DNA of 64,000 nucleotides from Escherichia coli (GTDB lineage Bacteria; Pseudomonadota; Gammaproteobacteria; Enterobacterales; Enterobacteriaceae): NCBI RefSeq assembly GCF_003018255.1, contig NZ_CP027440.1; one strand, 5' to 3'. Shown piece by piece: positions 53,618 to 64,000 of this stretch (position 1 is its first letter; each line of letters starts with the position of its first letter). The notes under the pieces were generated by a model. It saw only the letters and a program-made list of their open reading frames with translations, ran no database searches and was not told where the DNA came from. The position numbers and the translations under genes were made by a program.

Positions 53618-54979
53618 TTAATCTTTACGCGGGTCGTTGATCGGCTGACGAACCAGGAAGATGTACGCCAGTGCCCCCGCTGCGGTGACGCAACCGCAGA
53701 TGATTAGTGCCAGACGGAATGAGTGGGTGGTATCAACAATAAAACCAGTAATGATCGGCGCGAAAGAGGCGCAGATGAAGCTGGCAAAGTTCTGGATACT
53801 GCCCACCGACGCCGTCATGCGAGAAGCAACTGCGACGTGGATCAAGCCCCAGCAGGATGTTCCGGCAAAGTGAATACAAAACAGTGCCATGCCAATCAGC
53901 AGAACCGCTGTCATGGATGTTGTCGCTTGCGGTACGACCAGCGTAAAGGCGGCAGAACAGAACATCCCGGCAATAATGCAGATCTTACGGCTTTTAATCG
54001 GAGCCATTCCCCCTTTGACCAGCCAGTCGGTAACGTAACCGTTGACCAGCATCCCGGCAGCCCCAAACAGGAAAGGGATAGCCGCCATCAACCCTGTGCT
54101 TTTTAAATCCAGGTTATAGGCTGTTTGCAGGTAACCAGGAAGCCAGGCCAGATACAGCCACGCAGTGTAGTTGATGCCACTGAATCCGATCATCATTCCC
54201 CACATTGTGCGGTTACGGAACAGGCTGCGCCATTCGGCAAAACTGAGCGGATCTCGGCGGGCATTGACGCTACCAGCATTGAGGTAAGCTTGTTCAACGG
54301 CAGTCAGTTCTACGTGCTCGCGGTTGCGATAGAGCATATACCAGCCAATGGCGAGAAAAATCCCCAGCACACCAATGGTAATAAACATCCCACGCCAGCC
54401 CATCACCAGCATCATCGCCGCCAGAATCGGTGGGCTTACGGCAACGCCAATAGTAGAAGCTGCGTTGAAGAAGCCCATCGGGCGTCCGCGCTCTTTGATG
54501 TTGAACCAGTCGTTAATGACTTTTACACCGCATGGGTTCATCGGCGCTTCACCAATCCCCATACCGATACGCACCAACACGAACTGCGTAAAGCTGTGCA
54601 CCATGCCAGACATGGCCTGGAACAGTGACCAGAAGAACATCCCCAGTCCCAGCATCAGGCGTGGGCCTTTACGATCCAATAGTGGGCCGCAAGGAAGTTG
54701 CGCAATCCCGTAAGCGAGTGAAAACACGGAGAGCAAAGCGCCGATTTCGGTAGCACTTAATCCCAATTCTTCACGAATCGTTAAATTTGCAACCGACAGC
54801 GAACTGCGGTCGAGATAATTGATTACCGCCGCAAAAAATAATAACAACATGGCGGTGGTTTGAATGCGTTTAATTCGGGTACTGCGTTGAACTAATCCAT
54901 CTGGTGGCACGGGAATATCTGCCGACGAAGATGGAGTAAATGAAGAACGCGGATCGAGGGTGATATTTTCTTTTTCCAC
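53618..54979 (-). CDS. lgoT: MFS L-galactonate transporter LgoT (YjjL)
   Basis: 453-aa MFS permease; synteny with lgoR and lgoD. Confidence 0.88.
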   Translation of the reverse strand: MEKENITLDPRSSFTPSSSADIPVPPDGLVQRSTRIKRIQTTAMLLLFFAAVINYLDRSSLSVANLTIREELGLSATEIGALLSVFSLAYGIAQLPCGPLLDRKGPRLMLGLGMFFWSLFQAMSGMVHSFTQFVLVRIGMGIGEAPMNPCGVKVINDWFNIKERGRPMGFFNAASTIGVAVSPPILAAMMLVMGWRGMFITIGVLGIFLAIGWYMLYRNREHVELTAVEQAYLNAGSVNARRDPLSFAEWRSLFRNRTMWGMMIGFSGINYTAWLYLAWLPGYLQTAYNLDLKSTGLMAAIPFLFGAAGMLVNGYVTDWLVKGGMAPIKSRKICIIAGMFCSAAFTLVVPQATTSMTAVLLIGMALFCIHFAGTSCWGLIHVAVASRMTASVGSIQNFASFICASFAPIITGFIVDTTHSFRLALIICGCVTAAGALAYIFLVRQPINDPRKD

Positions 54980-55193
54980 GCCGGACTCCTGTATTTATAA
55001 TTTTAATTGTTTACGTAATTGTGCATTACGCAAGGTTGACATTAACGGCAGGTTAAAGTTTTAGGACTTTACTACCGCTCACAAAAACATTTTTAGTCGA
55101 CTGATTGTGAGCATAGGTAAGCGGGAATTTCCCGGTATTTATCTTTTGATAAAACCGTGCACCCGCTAATAGTTTGCTGTTTTTAATCCGTAC

Positions 55194-56108
55194 TTAATGA
55201 GCATAACGCGTGTTCTCATTAATGGATCGAATCATTGATTGTTTAGCTGAATTCAAATGGTTACGGAGCGCAAGGGTGGCATCAAGGTCACTGCGGCAAA
55301 TCAGAGCACTGAGAATGGTCATATGCTCATCGACGGCAATGATATTGCGCTGTTTAAGATCGCTTTCGTCCCATTGATAGTGAAAATGAAAGATGACTGA
55401 GATGATCTCAAGCGATTGATCAAAAAAGATATTGTCGGCAGCTGAAAGCAGTAAGGAGTGAAAATCTCTGTCAAGTTGCGAGAACATGCGAAAGCTATTG
55501 CCGATGTTGTCACGCAGTAGCCGATGACGTTCGAGCATGGTTTTCGCCTGCAGCCAGCGGGGATCATGATCAGGCAGGTTGAGAAAGTGCTGAAGTGAAT
55601 GTGTTTCGAGCATTTCGCGTAGCTCAAACAGCTGCTCGGCGTAGGATTGATCGAATTGCTTCATGCTCCACTGGCCGCGCTTTTCGCTTTGAATAAGATT
55701 ATAACGGCCGAATTTTAAAAGATATTCTCTTACAACCACCGGGCTGACACCCGCGGCCCGCGCCAGTTGCAGTTCAGAAAAAGTTTCCCCAGGGCGTAAC
55801 TGACGCTGGTTTATCATCGTGAAAAAAGCCTGCTCAAACACTTTGTTTTGTTCACTCATTGAAGCGGTAGTACAGGCGAAACCGTCATCATGGTCAGGTT
55901 TACGCGCAATAACATAGTCGTTTCCAACCTGCGTTAAGACGCCGCATTCGCGTAAGTGGCTGAGAATATGACGCACTGTAGTGCGGCTGATGTTGTACAT
56001 TTCCGCCAGCGCACTTTGCGATGGAAGTGGGGAAGGGATATGACCCCGCGCCATATCATCAATGACCTGGTTAATCACATTGTGGCGTAAATTTTGTGAA
56101 CGACTCAT
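55194..56108 (-). CDS. lgoR: GntR-family regulator LgoR (YjjM)
   Basis: 304-aa ORF with GntR-type helix-turn-helix (LAEMYNISRTTVRHIL); divergent from lgoD. Confidence 0.88.
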   Translation of the reverse strand: MSRSQNLRHNVINQVIDDMARGHIPSPLPSQSALAEMYNISRTTVRHILSHLRECGVLTQVGNDYVIARKPDHDDGFACTTASMSEQNKVFEQAFFTMINQRQLRPGETFSELQLARAAGVSPVVVREYLLKFGRYNLIQSEKRGQWSMKQFDQSYAEQLFELREMLETHSLQHFLNLPDHDPRWLQAKTMLERHRLLRDNIGNSFRMFSQLDRDFHSLLLSAADNIFFDQSLEIISVIFHFHYQWDESDLKQRNIIAVDEHMTILSALICRSDLDATLALRNHLNSAKQSMIRSINENTRYAH

Positions 56109-56246
56109 ATTTTCCTCCTTGTGAGTCCATTAAAACCCGATTTAAAACATTTTTATGCGTGTGTTTTCACAAAACAGATTTTCCGTTCCGCTGCCATTTT
56201 TCATTTTCATTGATATCTAAGGCAACAAAAAATGGAGAGCCGAATC

Positions 56247-57269
56247 ATGTCTACGATGAATGTTTTAATTTGCCAGCAGCCGAAAGAATTAGTCTGGAAA
56301 CAACGCGAGATACCTATTCCGGGTGACAATGAAGCATTAATAAAAATTAAGTCTGTCGGGATTTGCGGTACCGATATACATGCCTGGGGTGGAAATCAAC
56401 CATTTTTTAGTTATCCACGTGTTTTAGGCCATGAAATATGTGGGGAGATTGTTGGGCTGGGTAAAAATATTGCTGATCTTAAAAATGGTCAGCAAGTTGC
56501 TGTGATCCCTTATGTTGCCTGTCAGCAATGCCCTGCATGTAAAAGCGGTCGTACCAATTGCTGTGAAAAAATTTCAGTTATTGGCGTGCATCAGGATGGT
56601 GGTTTTAGTGAGTATTTGAGCGTGCCGGTGGAGAACATTTTGCCCGCAGACGGTATTGACCCGCAGGCGGCAGCATTGATTGAACCTTTCGCTATTAGCG
56701 CTCATGCGGTGCGTCGCGCAGCCATTGCTCCCGGCGAGCAGGTGCTGGTGGTCGGGGCGGGGCCAATCGGTCTGGGCGCGGCGGCAATCGCTAAAGCCGA
56801 TGGCGCACAGGTGGTAGTGGCGGATACCAGTCCGGCGCGCCGTGAACATGTGGCAACGCGTCTGGAATTACCTGTACTGGACCCGTCAGCCGAAGATTTT
56901 GACGCGCAGCTGCGGGCGCAGTTTGGTGGTTCGCTGGCGCAGAAAGTGATCGACGCGACAGGTAATCAACATGCGATGAATAACACCGTAAATCTGATTC
57001 GTCACGGCGGCACGGTGGTATTTGTCGGTCTGTTTAAAGGTGAGTTGCAGTTCTCCGATCCGGAATTCCATAAAAAAGAAACGACGATGATGGGCAGCCG
57101 CAACGCCACGCCGGAAGATTTCGCTAAAGTCGGTCGATTGATGGCGGAAGGGAAAATCACTGCCGACATGATGTTAACCCATCGCTACCCGTTCGCCACG
57201 CTGGCAGAAACCTACGAACGTGATGTGATTAACAATCGTGAGTTGATTAAGGGTGTAATTACTTTCTGA
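56247..57269 (+). CDS. lgoD: Zinc-dependent L-galactonate 5-dehydrogenase LgoD (YjjN)
   Basis: Start trimmed to MSTMNVLICQQP (340 aa); MDR/ADH zinc-binding motif (GHEICGEIV) and Rossmann motif (VVGAGPIGL). Confidence 0.9.
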   Translation: MSTMNVLICQQPKELVWKQREIPIPGDNEALIKIKSVGICGTDIHAWGGNQPFFSYPRVLGHEICGEIVGLGKNIADLKNGQQVAVIPYVACQQCPACKSGRTNCCEKISVIGVHQDGGFSEYLSVPVENILPADGIDPQAAALIEPFAISAHAVRRAAIAPGEQVLVVGAGPIGLGAAAIAKADGAQVVVADTSPARREHVATRLELPVLDPSAEDFDAQLRAQFGGSLAQKVIDATGNQHAMNNTVNLIRHGGTVVFVGLFKGELQFSDPEFHKKETTMMGSRNATPEDFAKVGRLMAEGKITADMMLTHRYPFATLAETYERDVINNRELIKGVITF

Positions 57270-57296
57270 TAAGGCGAGATTATTAAAGTTGCCATG

Positions 57297-57332
57297 CAGC
57301 GTCCGGGGAAGTGTTGGGCGCTGTTTTTTTTG
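57297..57332 (+). terminator. Rho-independent terminator after lgoD
   Basis: Stem CAGCGTCC ... GGGCGCTG followed by a T-rich tract (9 nt, 57324-57332). Confidence 0.6.
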
Positions 57333-57366
57333 TTTCTTAATAGTGTGTTGTAAGCCGGAGAAGGCG

Positions 57367-57393
57367 TGTAGGCCGCACCTTATGCGACCTACA
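57367..57393. repeat. REP-like imperfect palindrome
   Basis: TGTAGGCCGCACCTTATGCGACCTACA, palindromic with one mismatch. Confidence 0.45.
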
Positions 57394-57406
57394 CATCAGT
57401 CAGGAA

Positions 57407-59698
57407 TTACCCTTCACGTTCTACCACTTTAATCTCCACCATGCCGATCCCGAGCTTACGCGGCGAGTGTCCGAGGATATTCCCTTCGTTGGTTGAGACA
57501 GGTTCCGGCGGCACAATTACCAGCGTGTCGGCATCGGTTGGGTTATCGAAATGCAGCGTGGTGGTGGTCACTTCATTGCCCAGCACAAGAGTTTGTTCTT
57601 CATTGCCTACGCGTACCGGAATAGGACGGCTGGCGTTATTGCCGTATGCTTTGGCGGTAATCACCAGGTCAAATTTCTTCGGCAGCGGATGCTTGTACTC
57701 GATTTTTACTTCGTCGCCCAGTTGCGCGTTGGACCAGCGGCCCCACGACTCCGGACGGGAAATTCCGCTAAACTGTTTCACCTCTTCTGGCGCACCGGCG
57801 ACGTTAAAGATGAAACTGTCGGCTTTGTAGCGAATATCGTTATCAACAATCTTCAGCGTATCGACATTGCCTTTGTAACGCGCCATGTCGATGACCGTAT
57901 CTTTAAATGCCGTTTTGCCCTTCCATGTTGTTTTGTCAACATGCTGGACAATTTGCTGACCGCCAAGCTGCCCTTGCGAGACACACCAGTCGGTGGAAAG
58001 TGCCAGTTCCGGAGCCCAGAGTTGTGCCATCTTATAGCAACGGTCAACCCAGACGAAATTGTCGCGTGGAGCGAAATCGGCCAGCTGGAAACGCAGCGGT
58101 GCTGAGTATTCGCTTTCCGGCAGCGGTTCCACGCGTTTGTCTGAAACCCGCAACAGCAGCGGCAAACGGAAATGGCTACCCGAGAAGGCAATCATGTTTT
58201 TCTGCTGGTCGATGGTGAACTCTTTCATCTCTTTAGGGAATTTCCACAGGCGGATGATATCTGGCTTCCACGCCAATGTTTTCTCTTTGATATTGAGGAA
58301 GATTTCCGACATCGACTGCCCGGATAAACTGCTACGACCAAGTCCGAGATAGTTATCGCCACCGAGAATGTCCAGCACCGTCGCGCCGTTATCCATCGTG
58401 TTACGCTTCACTGCCAGCGTCTCTTGCTGCGGCTTGTCGCCACGGATGACAAAAAACAGGTTATTGCGATCCTGCTTATTGAGGTATTTCCACGCCGTGT
58501 TGTTCATCGCTAAATGGTCAGAAGAGACGACGATGACGGTATCTTTAAACCACGGTGACGCTTTGATTTTGTTGATAAACGTCGCGATATTCTCCTGACT
58601 GCAACTTACCGCGCTGAATGACTGATTCGGCTTACCGTCAAAATCATATTTTTTGCGGTTACAGGTACGCGAGATAAAACCATCCGGGTGATGGGTATCG
58701 ACTGTCAGGGTAAACAGTGAGAATCGCTGACCTGAGCGGGAAAGCTCTTCAAACTTTTTCCACGCTTCATCGAGAACGGTATCGTCGTAGAATCCCCAGT
58801 CGTTGCGATAGTGCGGGTCGGCCACCACGCTTTTCAGCTCTTCTGAGCCGTATAAGTTGTCGAAGCCGTGCGATTTCAGGAACACATCTTTACCGGCAAA
58901 ACGCAGATTCGCGCCCTGCACGAAATAGTTCTGATAACCCGAGTTTTTCAGGATATCGCCCAGACAGATGTTCTGCGGGAAGAAGCTGGAGACAGAGGCG
59001 GAGGCGTTGCCTTCAAAGGGGGCAAACAGCGGTATGCCACACTGAGAAGCCACCATGCCTGCAATCGTGTAATCCGTTCCCGGCAGCTGCTGCGTGTGGC
59101 TGAAATCCAGGCCTTCATTTTTCAACGCGCCCAGTTCAGGCGTGAGATCCGGGAAAGCTTCGTTATCAAAATAGGTCCGCTCGAGACTTTCGCCGTAGAT
59201 ATAAACCAGGTTGAGTTTCGGGTCAGGGATAGTTTTCGACGGCTCTTTATAATAAGCCGCAAAGTCCGGGTCGCCGTCGCGTGACTGGGATTTCACCAGT
59301 TCCGTTATCTGACGAAATGCCGGGCTGGCATCCACTGAACCCAGCGCCAGTAAGAGTGCCAGCAGGCTGTAACCAAAATGGTGCGGATGATGACGACGAC
59401 GGCGCAGGATCCAGCCCAGCGCACCGAACACTGCCGTCAGCCCCAGCACAATGCCGATACCAGGCAGGATGTATTTGCTGACACCAGCACCGGTCAGGCT
59501 GTTGGTTAAGGTATAGAGAACCGCGTCGTTAATACCATCGCCAGTAAAATAGTCGCTGGCAAACAGGGTGATATTTAAAACGACAAATAGCCCCAGTACC
59601 GTTAATGTGGCTGCAAACCACCAGGTGTTACGTCCCGCTTTCCATGCGTAAATCAGCACAGAGGCGAGAAAAAGGGCGAAAGAGAGTAGTTCTGACAA
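57407..59698 (-). CDS. opgB: Phosphoglycerol transferase I OpgB (MdoB)
   Basis: 763-aa ORF: N-terminal transmembrane helices plus periplasmic sulfatase-like domain; synteny. Confidence 0.92.
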   Translation of the reverse strand: MSELLSFALFLASVLIYAWKAGRNTWWFAATLTVLGLFVVLNITLFASDYFTGDGINDAVLYTLTNSLTGAGVSKYILPGIGIVLGLTAVFGALGWILRRRRHHPHHFGYSLLALLLALGSVDASPAFRQITELVKSQSRDGDPDFAAYYKEPSKTIPDPKLNLVYIYGESLERTYFDNEAFPDLTPELGALKNEGLDFSHTQQLPGTDYTIAGMVASQCGIPLFAPFEGNASASVSSFFPQNICLGDILKNSGYQNYFVQGANLRFAGKDVFLKSHGFDNLYGSEELKSVVADPHYRNDWGFYDDTVLDEAWKKFEELSRSGQRFSLFTLTVDTHHPDGFISRTCNRKKYDFDGKPNQSFSAVSCSQENIATFINKIKASPWFKDTVIVVSSDHLAMNNTAWKYLNKQDRNNLFFVIRGDKPQQETLAVKRNTMDNGATVLDILGGDNYLGLGRSSLSGQSMSEIFLNIKEKTLAWKPDIIRLWKFPKEMKEFTIDQQKNMIAFSGSHFRLPLLLRVSDKRVEPLPESEYSAPLRFQLADFAPRDNFVWVDRCYKMAQLWAPELALSTDWCVSQGQLGGQQIVQHVDKTTWKGKTAFKDTVIDMARYKGNVDTLKIVDNDIRYKADSFIFNVAGAPEEVKQFSGISRPESWGRWSNAQLGDEVKIEYKHPLPKKFDLVITAKAYGNNASRPIPVRVGNEEQTLVLGNEVTTTTLHFDNPTDADTLVIVPPEPVSTNEGNILGHSPRKLGIGMVEIKVVEREG

Positions 59699-59951
59699 CG
59701 GGCGATCCTCACTAAACCGGGCCGTTTAGCCAACGTTTAAGCTTTTTGAGAAGCACAATGTAATGGCGTCGCCATATTGCTGCAATTCTAGTGTCAAAAA
59801 AATGCGATGTTGTTAGGAATTAGTTTATAAACAGACTTTTTTGATTACGGTCGCTTCCCGTGTAACAGGGGGAAAACCGTCCAGGAGCAGGGAAAAGGGC
59901 AGGAGAGAGCCGCGTCAGCCGGGTAACAGCTAAAACGCGGCATTTCGCGGT

Positions 59952-60449
59952 TCAGGAAATGAAGTTCAGCCCCTGCTTTAACACCAGATCGCAGGCTTTG
60001 GTTTTCACCTTTTCTGCCAGCGGAGTCGTTCCAATATTATCCAGATTGAGTTGCTGACCATCTTTGGTTTTCAGCAAACCCTGAATGCCATCCAGATAGT
60101 TGGTGTCTTCTTTTTGCTCTTCACTGTTCAGGCCCAGTTTTTCCAGTACCTGATTCTTGATGTTTTCGACATCGGTTACCGAAGCCAGCTTTTGCTTCGC
60201 GCAGTATTGCAGAATGCCTGCGGCATTGTTCATGTTATCTGCGCTTAAGGCCTGGTTTCCGCTGCTAAGCAAGTTAGTTAATGACGCGAGCGACCAACCG
60301 CCTTCCTGTGTCGTGCTGTTTTGGTTGCCAAGTTCGCTGGCGGCGCTGGAGAGCGCATCTTTCCAGGACGCAGCATGCACCCCGGTGGAAATTAATGCGC
60401 TGGCGGCAATGGCACAGCACAGAAGATGTTTAATAGTTTTCATCATCAT
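59952..60449 (-). CDS. yjjA: DUF2501 periplasmic protein YjjA
   Basis: 165-aa ORF with signal peptide (MMMKTIKHLLCCAIAASALISTGVHA); synteny upstream of dnaC. Confidence 0.85.
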   Translation of the reverse strand: MMMKTIKHLLCCAIAASALISTGVHAASWKDALSSAASELGNQNSTTQEGGWSLASLTNLLSSGNQALSADNMNNAAGILQYCAKQKLASVTDVENIKNQVLEKLGLNSEEQKEDTNYLDGIQGLLKTKDGQQLNLDNIGTTPLAEKVKTKACDLVLKQGLNFIS

Positions 60450-60494
60450 TACTCAAGGTGGAATTGTGTCGCAGTATACCGCCAGAAACGGGGA

Positions 60495-61232
60495 TTAATA
60501 CTCTTTACCCGTTACCCGGCTACGGTAGCTATCCCAGTTGAAGATCACCCACAAACTGTTACCCAGGCGCATACGGTCCATCACGCGTTCGCCCAGCAAC
60601 TTGGTCATCTCTTCCATATTACTGTTGGTCAGCATCCCGGTTGGGCGTTTGGAAGAAGAGCGGCGATCGACGATCTGGTTGATGATCACTTTTTCGTATT
60701 TCGATTCGGTCTGCACGCCGATCTCATCGATCACCAGCAGATCAACGTTGCTCAGATCGTTAAGCAGTTGTTCTTCGCTGGTACCGCTATTCCTGAAGGT
60801 ATCTTTCATCGCCGACATAATATCGGCCACGGTGATGATCAATACGGATTTACCGCGTAGCAGCAGCTCGTTGCAGATTGCCGCCGCCAGATGGTTTTTG
60901 CCGGTTCCGGGCTTGCCAGAAAAGATGAAGCTGGCGATGTTGCCGTCAAACTCTTCGACATACTGGCGCGCTTTGCTTAACGCATTCATCTGCCCTTCAC
61001 ACTCAACGCGATAGTTCTCAAAGGAGCAGTTCTGATGCAGTGGACGAATACCGGAGCGGTTAAAGGTGCGCTGCATTTTCATCGCCCGATTTTCACGTTC
61101 GAGAGCGGCGGAGCGGATCGCTCCTTGTTCTTTCTGCCAGGCCAGTAGTTCTTCACCCGTTTTGAACGCAGGTTTGATATGGGCAGGCATCATTTTTTGC
61201 AGGCGTTGCATCAGGTCGCCAACGTTTTTCAT
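60495..61232 (-). CDS. dnaC: Helicase loader DnaC
   Basis: 245-aa AAA+ protein (Walker A SGKPGTGKNHL); 3 nt downstream of dnaT. Confidence 0.95.
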   Translation of the reverse strand: MKNVGDLMQRLQKMMPAHIKPAFKTGEELLAWQKEQGAIRSAALERENRAMKMQRTFNRSGIRPLHQNCSFENYRVECEGQMNALSKARQYVEEFDGNIASFIFSGKPGTGKNHLAAAICNELLLRGKSVLIITVADIMSAMKDTFRNSGTSEEQLLNDLSNVDLLVIDEIGVQTESKYEKVIINQIVDRRSSSKRPTGMLTNSNMEEMTKLLGERVMDRMRLGNSLWVIFNWDSYRSRVTGKEY

Positions 61233-61234
61233 CG

Positions 61235-61774
61235 TTACCCTCTGAATCCTGGTGGAATTTGGCTGTCAGGTTCGCTGACCGTATTCACATCTCGTTTCGG
61301 CAGTCCGCCGTTGCTGGCACGGCCGATTTGCAGGCTGCGCGCCAGTTTTTGTTGCCACTGTACATGGTGAAAGACTTTACCTTCCGCCTGCCAGTAGGCA
61401 ATGAATGAGGCCAGTTCTTCGGTGGTCACCGGCTCTCTTAGCGCCACGCCCCATAGCGCCGCCAGGCGGATAAAGTCGGCATCGGGTTGCCAGTCCGGAT
61501 ACATGGCGAATTTCCCCATGGGTACAGCAACGGGAGCGGCTTGCGGTTCCTGATAGAGTTGATCGTCCAGAGCGACATCGCTTCCCGGACGCGCCAGCTT
61601 TTCTTCCAGCGCCAGCAGTTCAGCCAGGCGTGCAGGCGTGACGGCATAAAACGCCGGGGCGTTGTTGTCAAATACGGCAACCACACCGCCTTCAGCTTTT
61701 GCCAGAACGGTTTGGTGATCGTGTACCAGGGCGTCAATACCAACGACGTCCGGGGTCAAAACTCTGGAAGACAT
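61235..61774 (-). CDS. dnaT: Primosomal protein DnaT
   Basis: Start trimmed to [21 protein letters not shown] (179 aa). Confidence 0.93.
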   Translation of the reverse strand: MSSRVLTPDVVGIDALVHDHQTVLAKAEGGVVAVFDNNAPAFYAVTPARLAELLALEEKLARPGSDVALDDQLYQEPQAAPVAVPMGKFAMYPDWQPDADFIRLAALWGVALREPVTTEELASFIAYWQAEGKVFHHVQWQQKLARSLQIGRASNGGLPKRDVNTVSEPDSQIPPGFRG

Positions 61775-61881
61775 ACTGTTTCTCAAATATGGAACGATGA
61801 ACGAGAAGGGAGATAACTTTTATAGTAACACACGGAGGAGAGGAGGCTGTCTCTCATCCGCGTGCTTTAAGTGAGGCAATT

Positions 61882-62355
61882 TTATACGCGAGGGCGCTTG
61901 CGGTACAACCATAATCCAGGAATGGAAAGACCGATGGATAACGCACCAACAATTGATGAAGCTGTAAGAAAGTTGGTTAACAGGGTAATCATCAACGGTT
62001 CGCTGTAACCTAGCTGGCTGATTTTTACCGCCGAAATCATTGCGGTATAAGCCGATATGCCAGGGAACATAGGAATAACAGCCGCCACGGTAAACACTTT
62101 CGGATGCGCCAGATACCAGCGCGACCATTGAATACCAATGGTGCCGACCAGCATAGAAGCCATAAAAGTTGACCACTCAATATTCAGCCCGCTGGTCATT
62201 AAGATCATTCGGGAACCATGACCTATCGAGCCAAGCAGCGCACACCAGCGTAACGCCCGCACGGGAACGTTGAACACCATCGCAAAGCCGACCGCAGGAA
62301 TGGCGGCGAGGATCATATCCTGCGCCAACGCTAACAGAAATTCGATCACACCCAT
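61882..62355 (-). CDS. yjjB: Inner-membrane protein YjjB (ThrE-family partner of YjjP)
   Basis: Start trimmed to [14 protein letters not shown] (157 aa); overlaps the yjjP 3' end. Confidence 0.85.
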
Positions 62356-63116
62356 CCGCGTAGCCCCCAAATCGTCAGTGCCATCACCACGCCGACGCAG
62401 GTAGCCAGTGTCAGCAGACTGGCGATCGCCCAGCGTGCCAGTCCGGTATTGATGTGGCCTTTAAACATATCGGCGACGGCATTAATCAACGGAAAACCCG
62501 GCACCAGCAGCAGAACGCTGGCGGCCATCGCGATAGTGGGTGTATTGCTGAAAGTGGGAAGTTGCAAAAGCAAACCGGAAATGGTGGTGGCGGCGAAAGC
62601 GGTGAGGCAAAAGTTGATCTGTGGATGAAGATGACGTTGTGCCAGCAGCTGGCGGATATACATCGCGACCGTACTGGCAAAGAAGGTGATGACGGCACCA
62701 TCCCAGCCACCTTTATTGAGTTTACAGAAACAGGCGCAAGAAAGGCCGACCATTAAGGCTACCAGCCATCTCGGGTAACGTAATGGCTGAATTTGGCTAA
62801 ATCGTTTCTCTACACCTTTGTAATCCAGCAGATGATGCTCCGCCAGAATCACAATGTGCTGGACTTCAGTCACCACATGCATATTAATGCCGCGATCGTG
62901 ATTTTTTCGTGTCGATGTCAGGCATTGCCCATCTTTAATGGTTGTCAGCACTATGGCGTTCGAAGAGATAGAACTTTCGACGCTGTCCATTCCCAACGCC
63001 CGACCCAGTCGTGAGGAAAGCTCATCAACCAACGCGCTTTCCGCACCATGTTGCAAAAGAAATAATCCACACTGGATACAAAGCCGTGTTACGGCTCGCT
63101 GTTGCTCAGTTTGCAT
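62346..63116 (-). CDS. yjjP: Inner-membrane protein YjjP (ThrE-family exporter component)
   Basis: Start trimmed to [21 protein letters not shown] (256 aa); an in-frame upstream ATG at 63179 would give 277 aa. Confidence 0.82.
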
Positions 63117-63734
63117 AACTCGCCCTTTGTCATAGACGTGCTGCGTATTGTTCAGATAATGAGAATCCATTTGTATCATGAAGCACGGTTGTTTTGCGGC
63201 AGGTTAAGATCAAAATTGCGCTGATTAATCCTGGTTATCGGGAGAAGCTCGGTGTTAAAAAGCGAATTATCTCTCGTCGCAAACAAATTATCGCATGAAT
63301 ATTATCACTATAATGAATTTATTGTTTAGCCCTTACGAATCAGGATAAAAGATAACTGGGCGCGTTTTTTAATTTTTACAAGTTAAAACTATCAGATTTT
63401 ATTGAATAAATATTGATTGTGTGATTTTGCATTCTGCTGGAAGGGATATCAGTTAATTATAAATTAAATGAATGAGAATTCTGTTTTTCATTAAGTATTT
63501 CTAACAACTTAATGTAGATATTTTAAATGTCTCCAGGCTATTTCACCAGGTTATCATTTGATGCTAACCTTCTGACACATGCAGTGGAGTTGTTGTGCAG
63601 CAGGAGTATGCTGATATGAAAGTGAATGCTAAGGATAATTTATTCGCTTAATCTATTAATTTGCTGGAAACATTTAAGGAATGAATATCCTGAATAAACC
63701 ATCATGATTTTTAGACAGTGGATGTGGAGGAAAT

Positions 63735-64000
63735 ATGTTGCCAGGATGCTGCAAAAATGGAATTGTTATCAGTAAAATACCTGTTATGCAAGCAGGGTTA
63801 AAAGAGGTCATGAGGACTCACTTCCCTGAATATGAAATAATATCCAGCGCCTCTGCGGAGGACCTTACCTTATTACAATTACGTCGTTCCGGATTAGTCA
63901 TTGCTGATTTAGCCGGTGAAAGTGAAGATCCACGTTCTGTTTGTGAACATTATTATTCTTTAATCTCACAATATCGGGAAATTCACTGGGTTTTCATGGT
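63735..64000 (+). CDS. yjjQ: LuxR-type regulator YjjQ, 5' portion only (runs off the window end)
   Basis: Hand translation from the ATG at 63735 gives [66 protein letters not shown]...; preceded by about 550 bp of AT-rich DNA. Confidence 0.8.

Overview
This window is an Escherichia coli chromosomal segment syntenic with the K-12 98-100 min region, carrying a strain-variable defence locus and a 5-gene accessory island. Gene order by my reading: nanM (5' end only) - nanC - fimB - fimE - fimS switch - fimAICDFGH - gntP - uxuA - uxuB - uxuR - iraD - (PEP-utilizing enzyme fragment) - hypT - iadA - yjiG - yjiH - kptA - yjiJ - yjiK - yjiL - yjiM - yjiN - mdtM - rpnD - yjiR - yjiS - immigration control region - yjiA - yjiX - btsT - accessory island - tsr - lgoT - lgoR - lgoD - opgB - yjjA - dnaC - dnaT - yjjB - yjjP - yjjQ (5' end only). 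The immigration control region (about 32.5-42.3 kb) differs from K-12: in place of mcrBC there is a single 697-aa DUF262/DUF1524 (GmrSD-like) nuclease, followed by symE, a non-EcoKI type I restriction-modification system that looks like family IB, and, where K-12 has mrr, a strongly AT-rich gene for a multi-pass membrane protein of unknown function. That membrane protein and the GmrSD-like gene are the best candidates for an undescribed or poorly described defence function. A second accessory block between btsT and tsr (about 46.0-51.8 kb) encodes a DSD1-type PLP enzyme, a D-aminoacylase, RidA, a sodium:solute symporter and an RpiR regulator, which together look like an N-acyl-D-amino-acid catabolic module. 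The fim switch appears to be in the phase-OFF orientation. No CRISPR array, rRNA, tRNA or insertion sequence was seen. All identifications rest on reading the supplied translations and DNA against remembered protein families; no database search was run, and gene starts were refined by hand from the ORF track.
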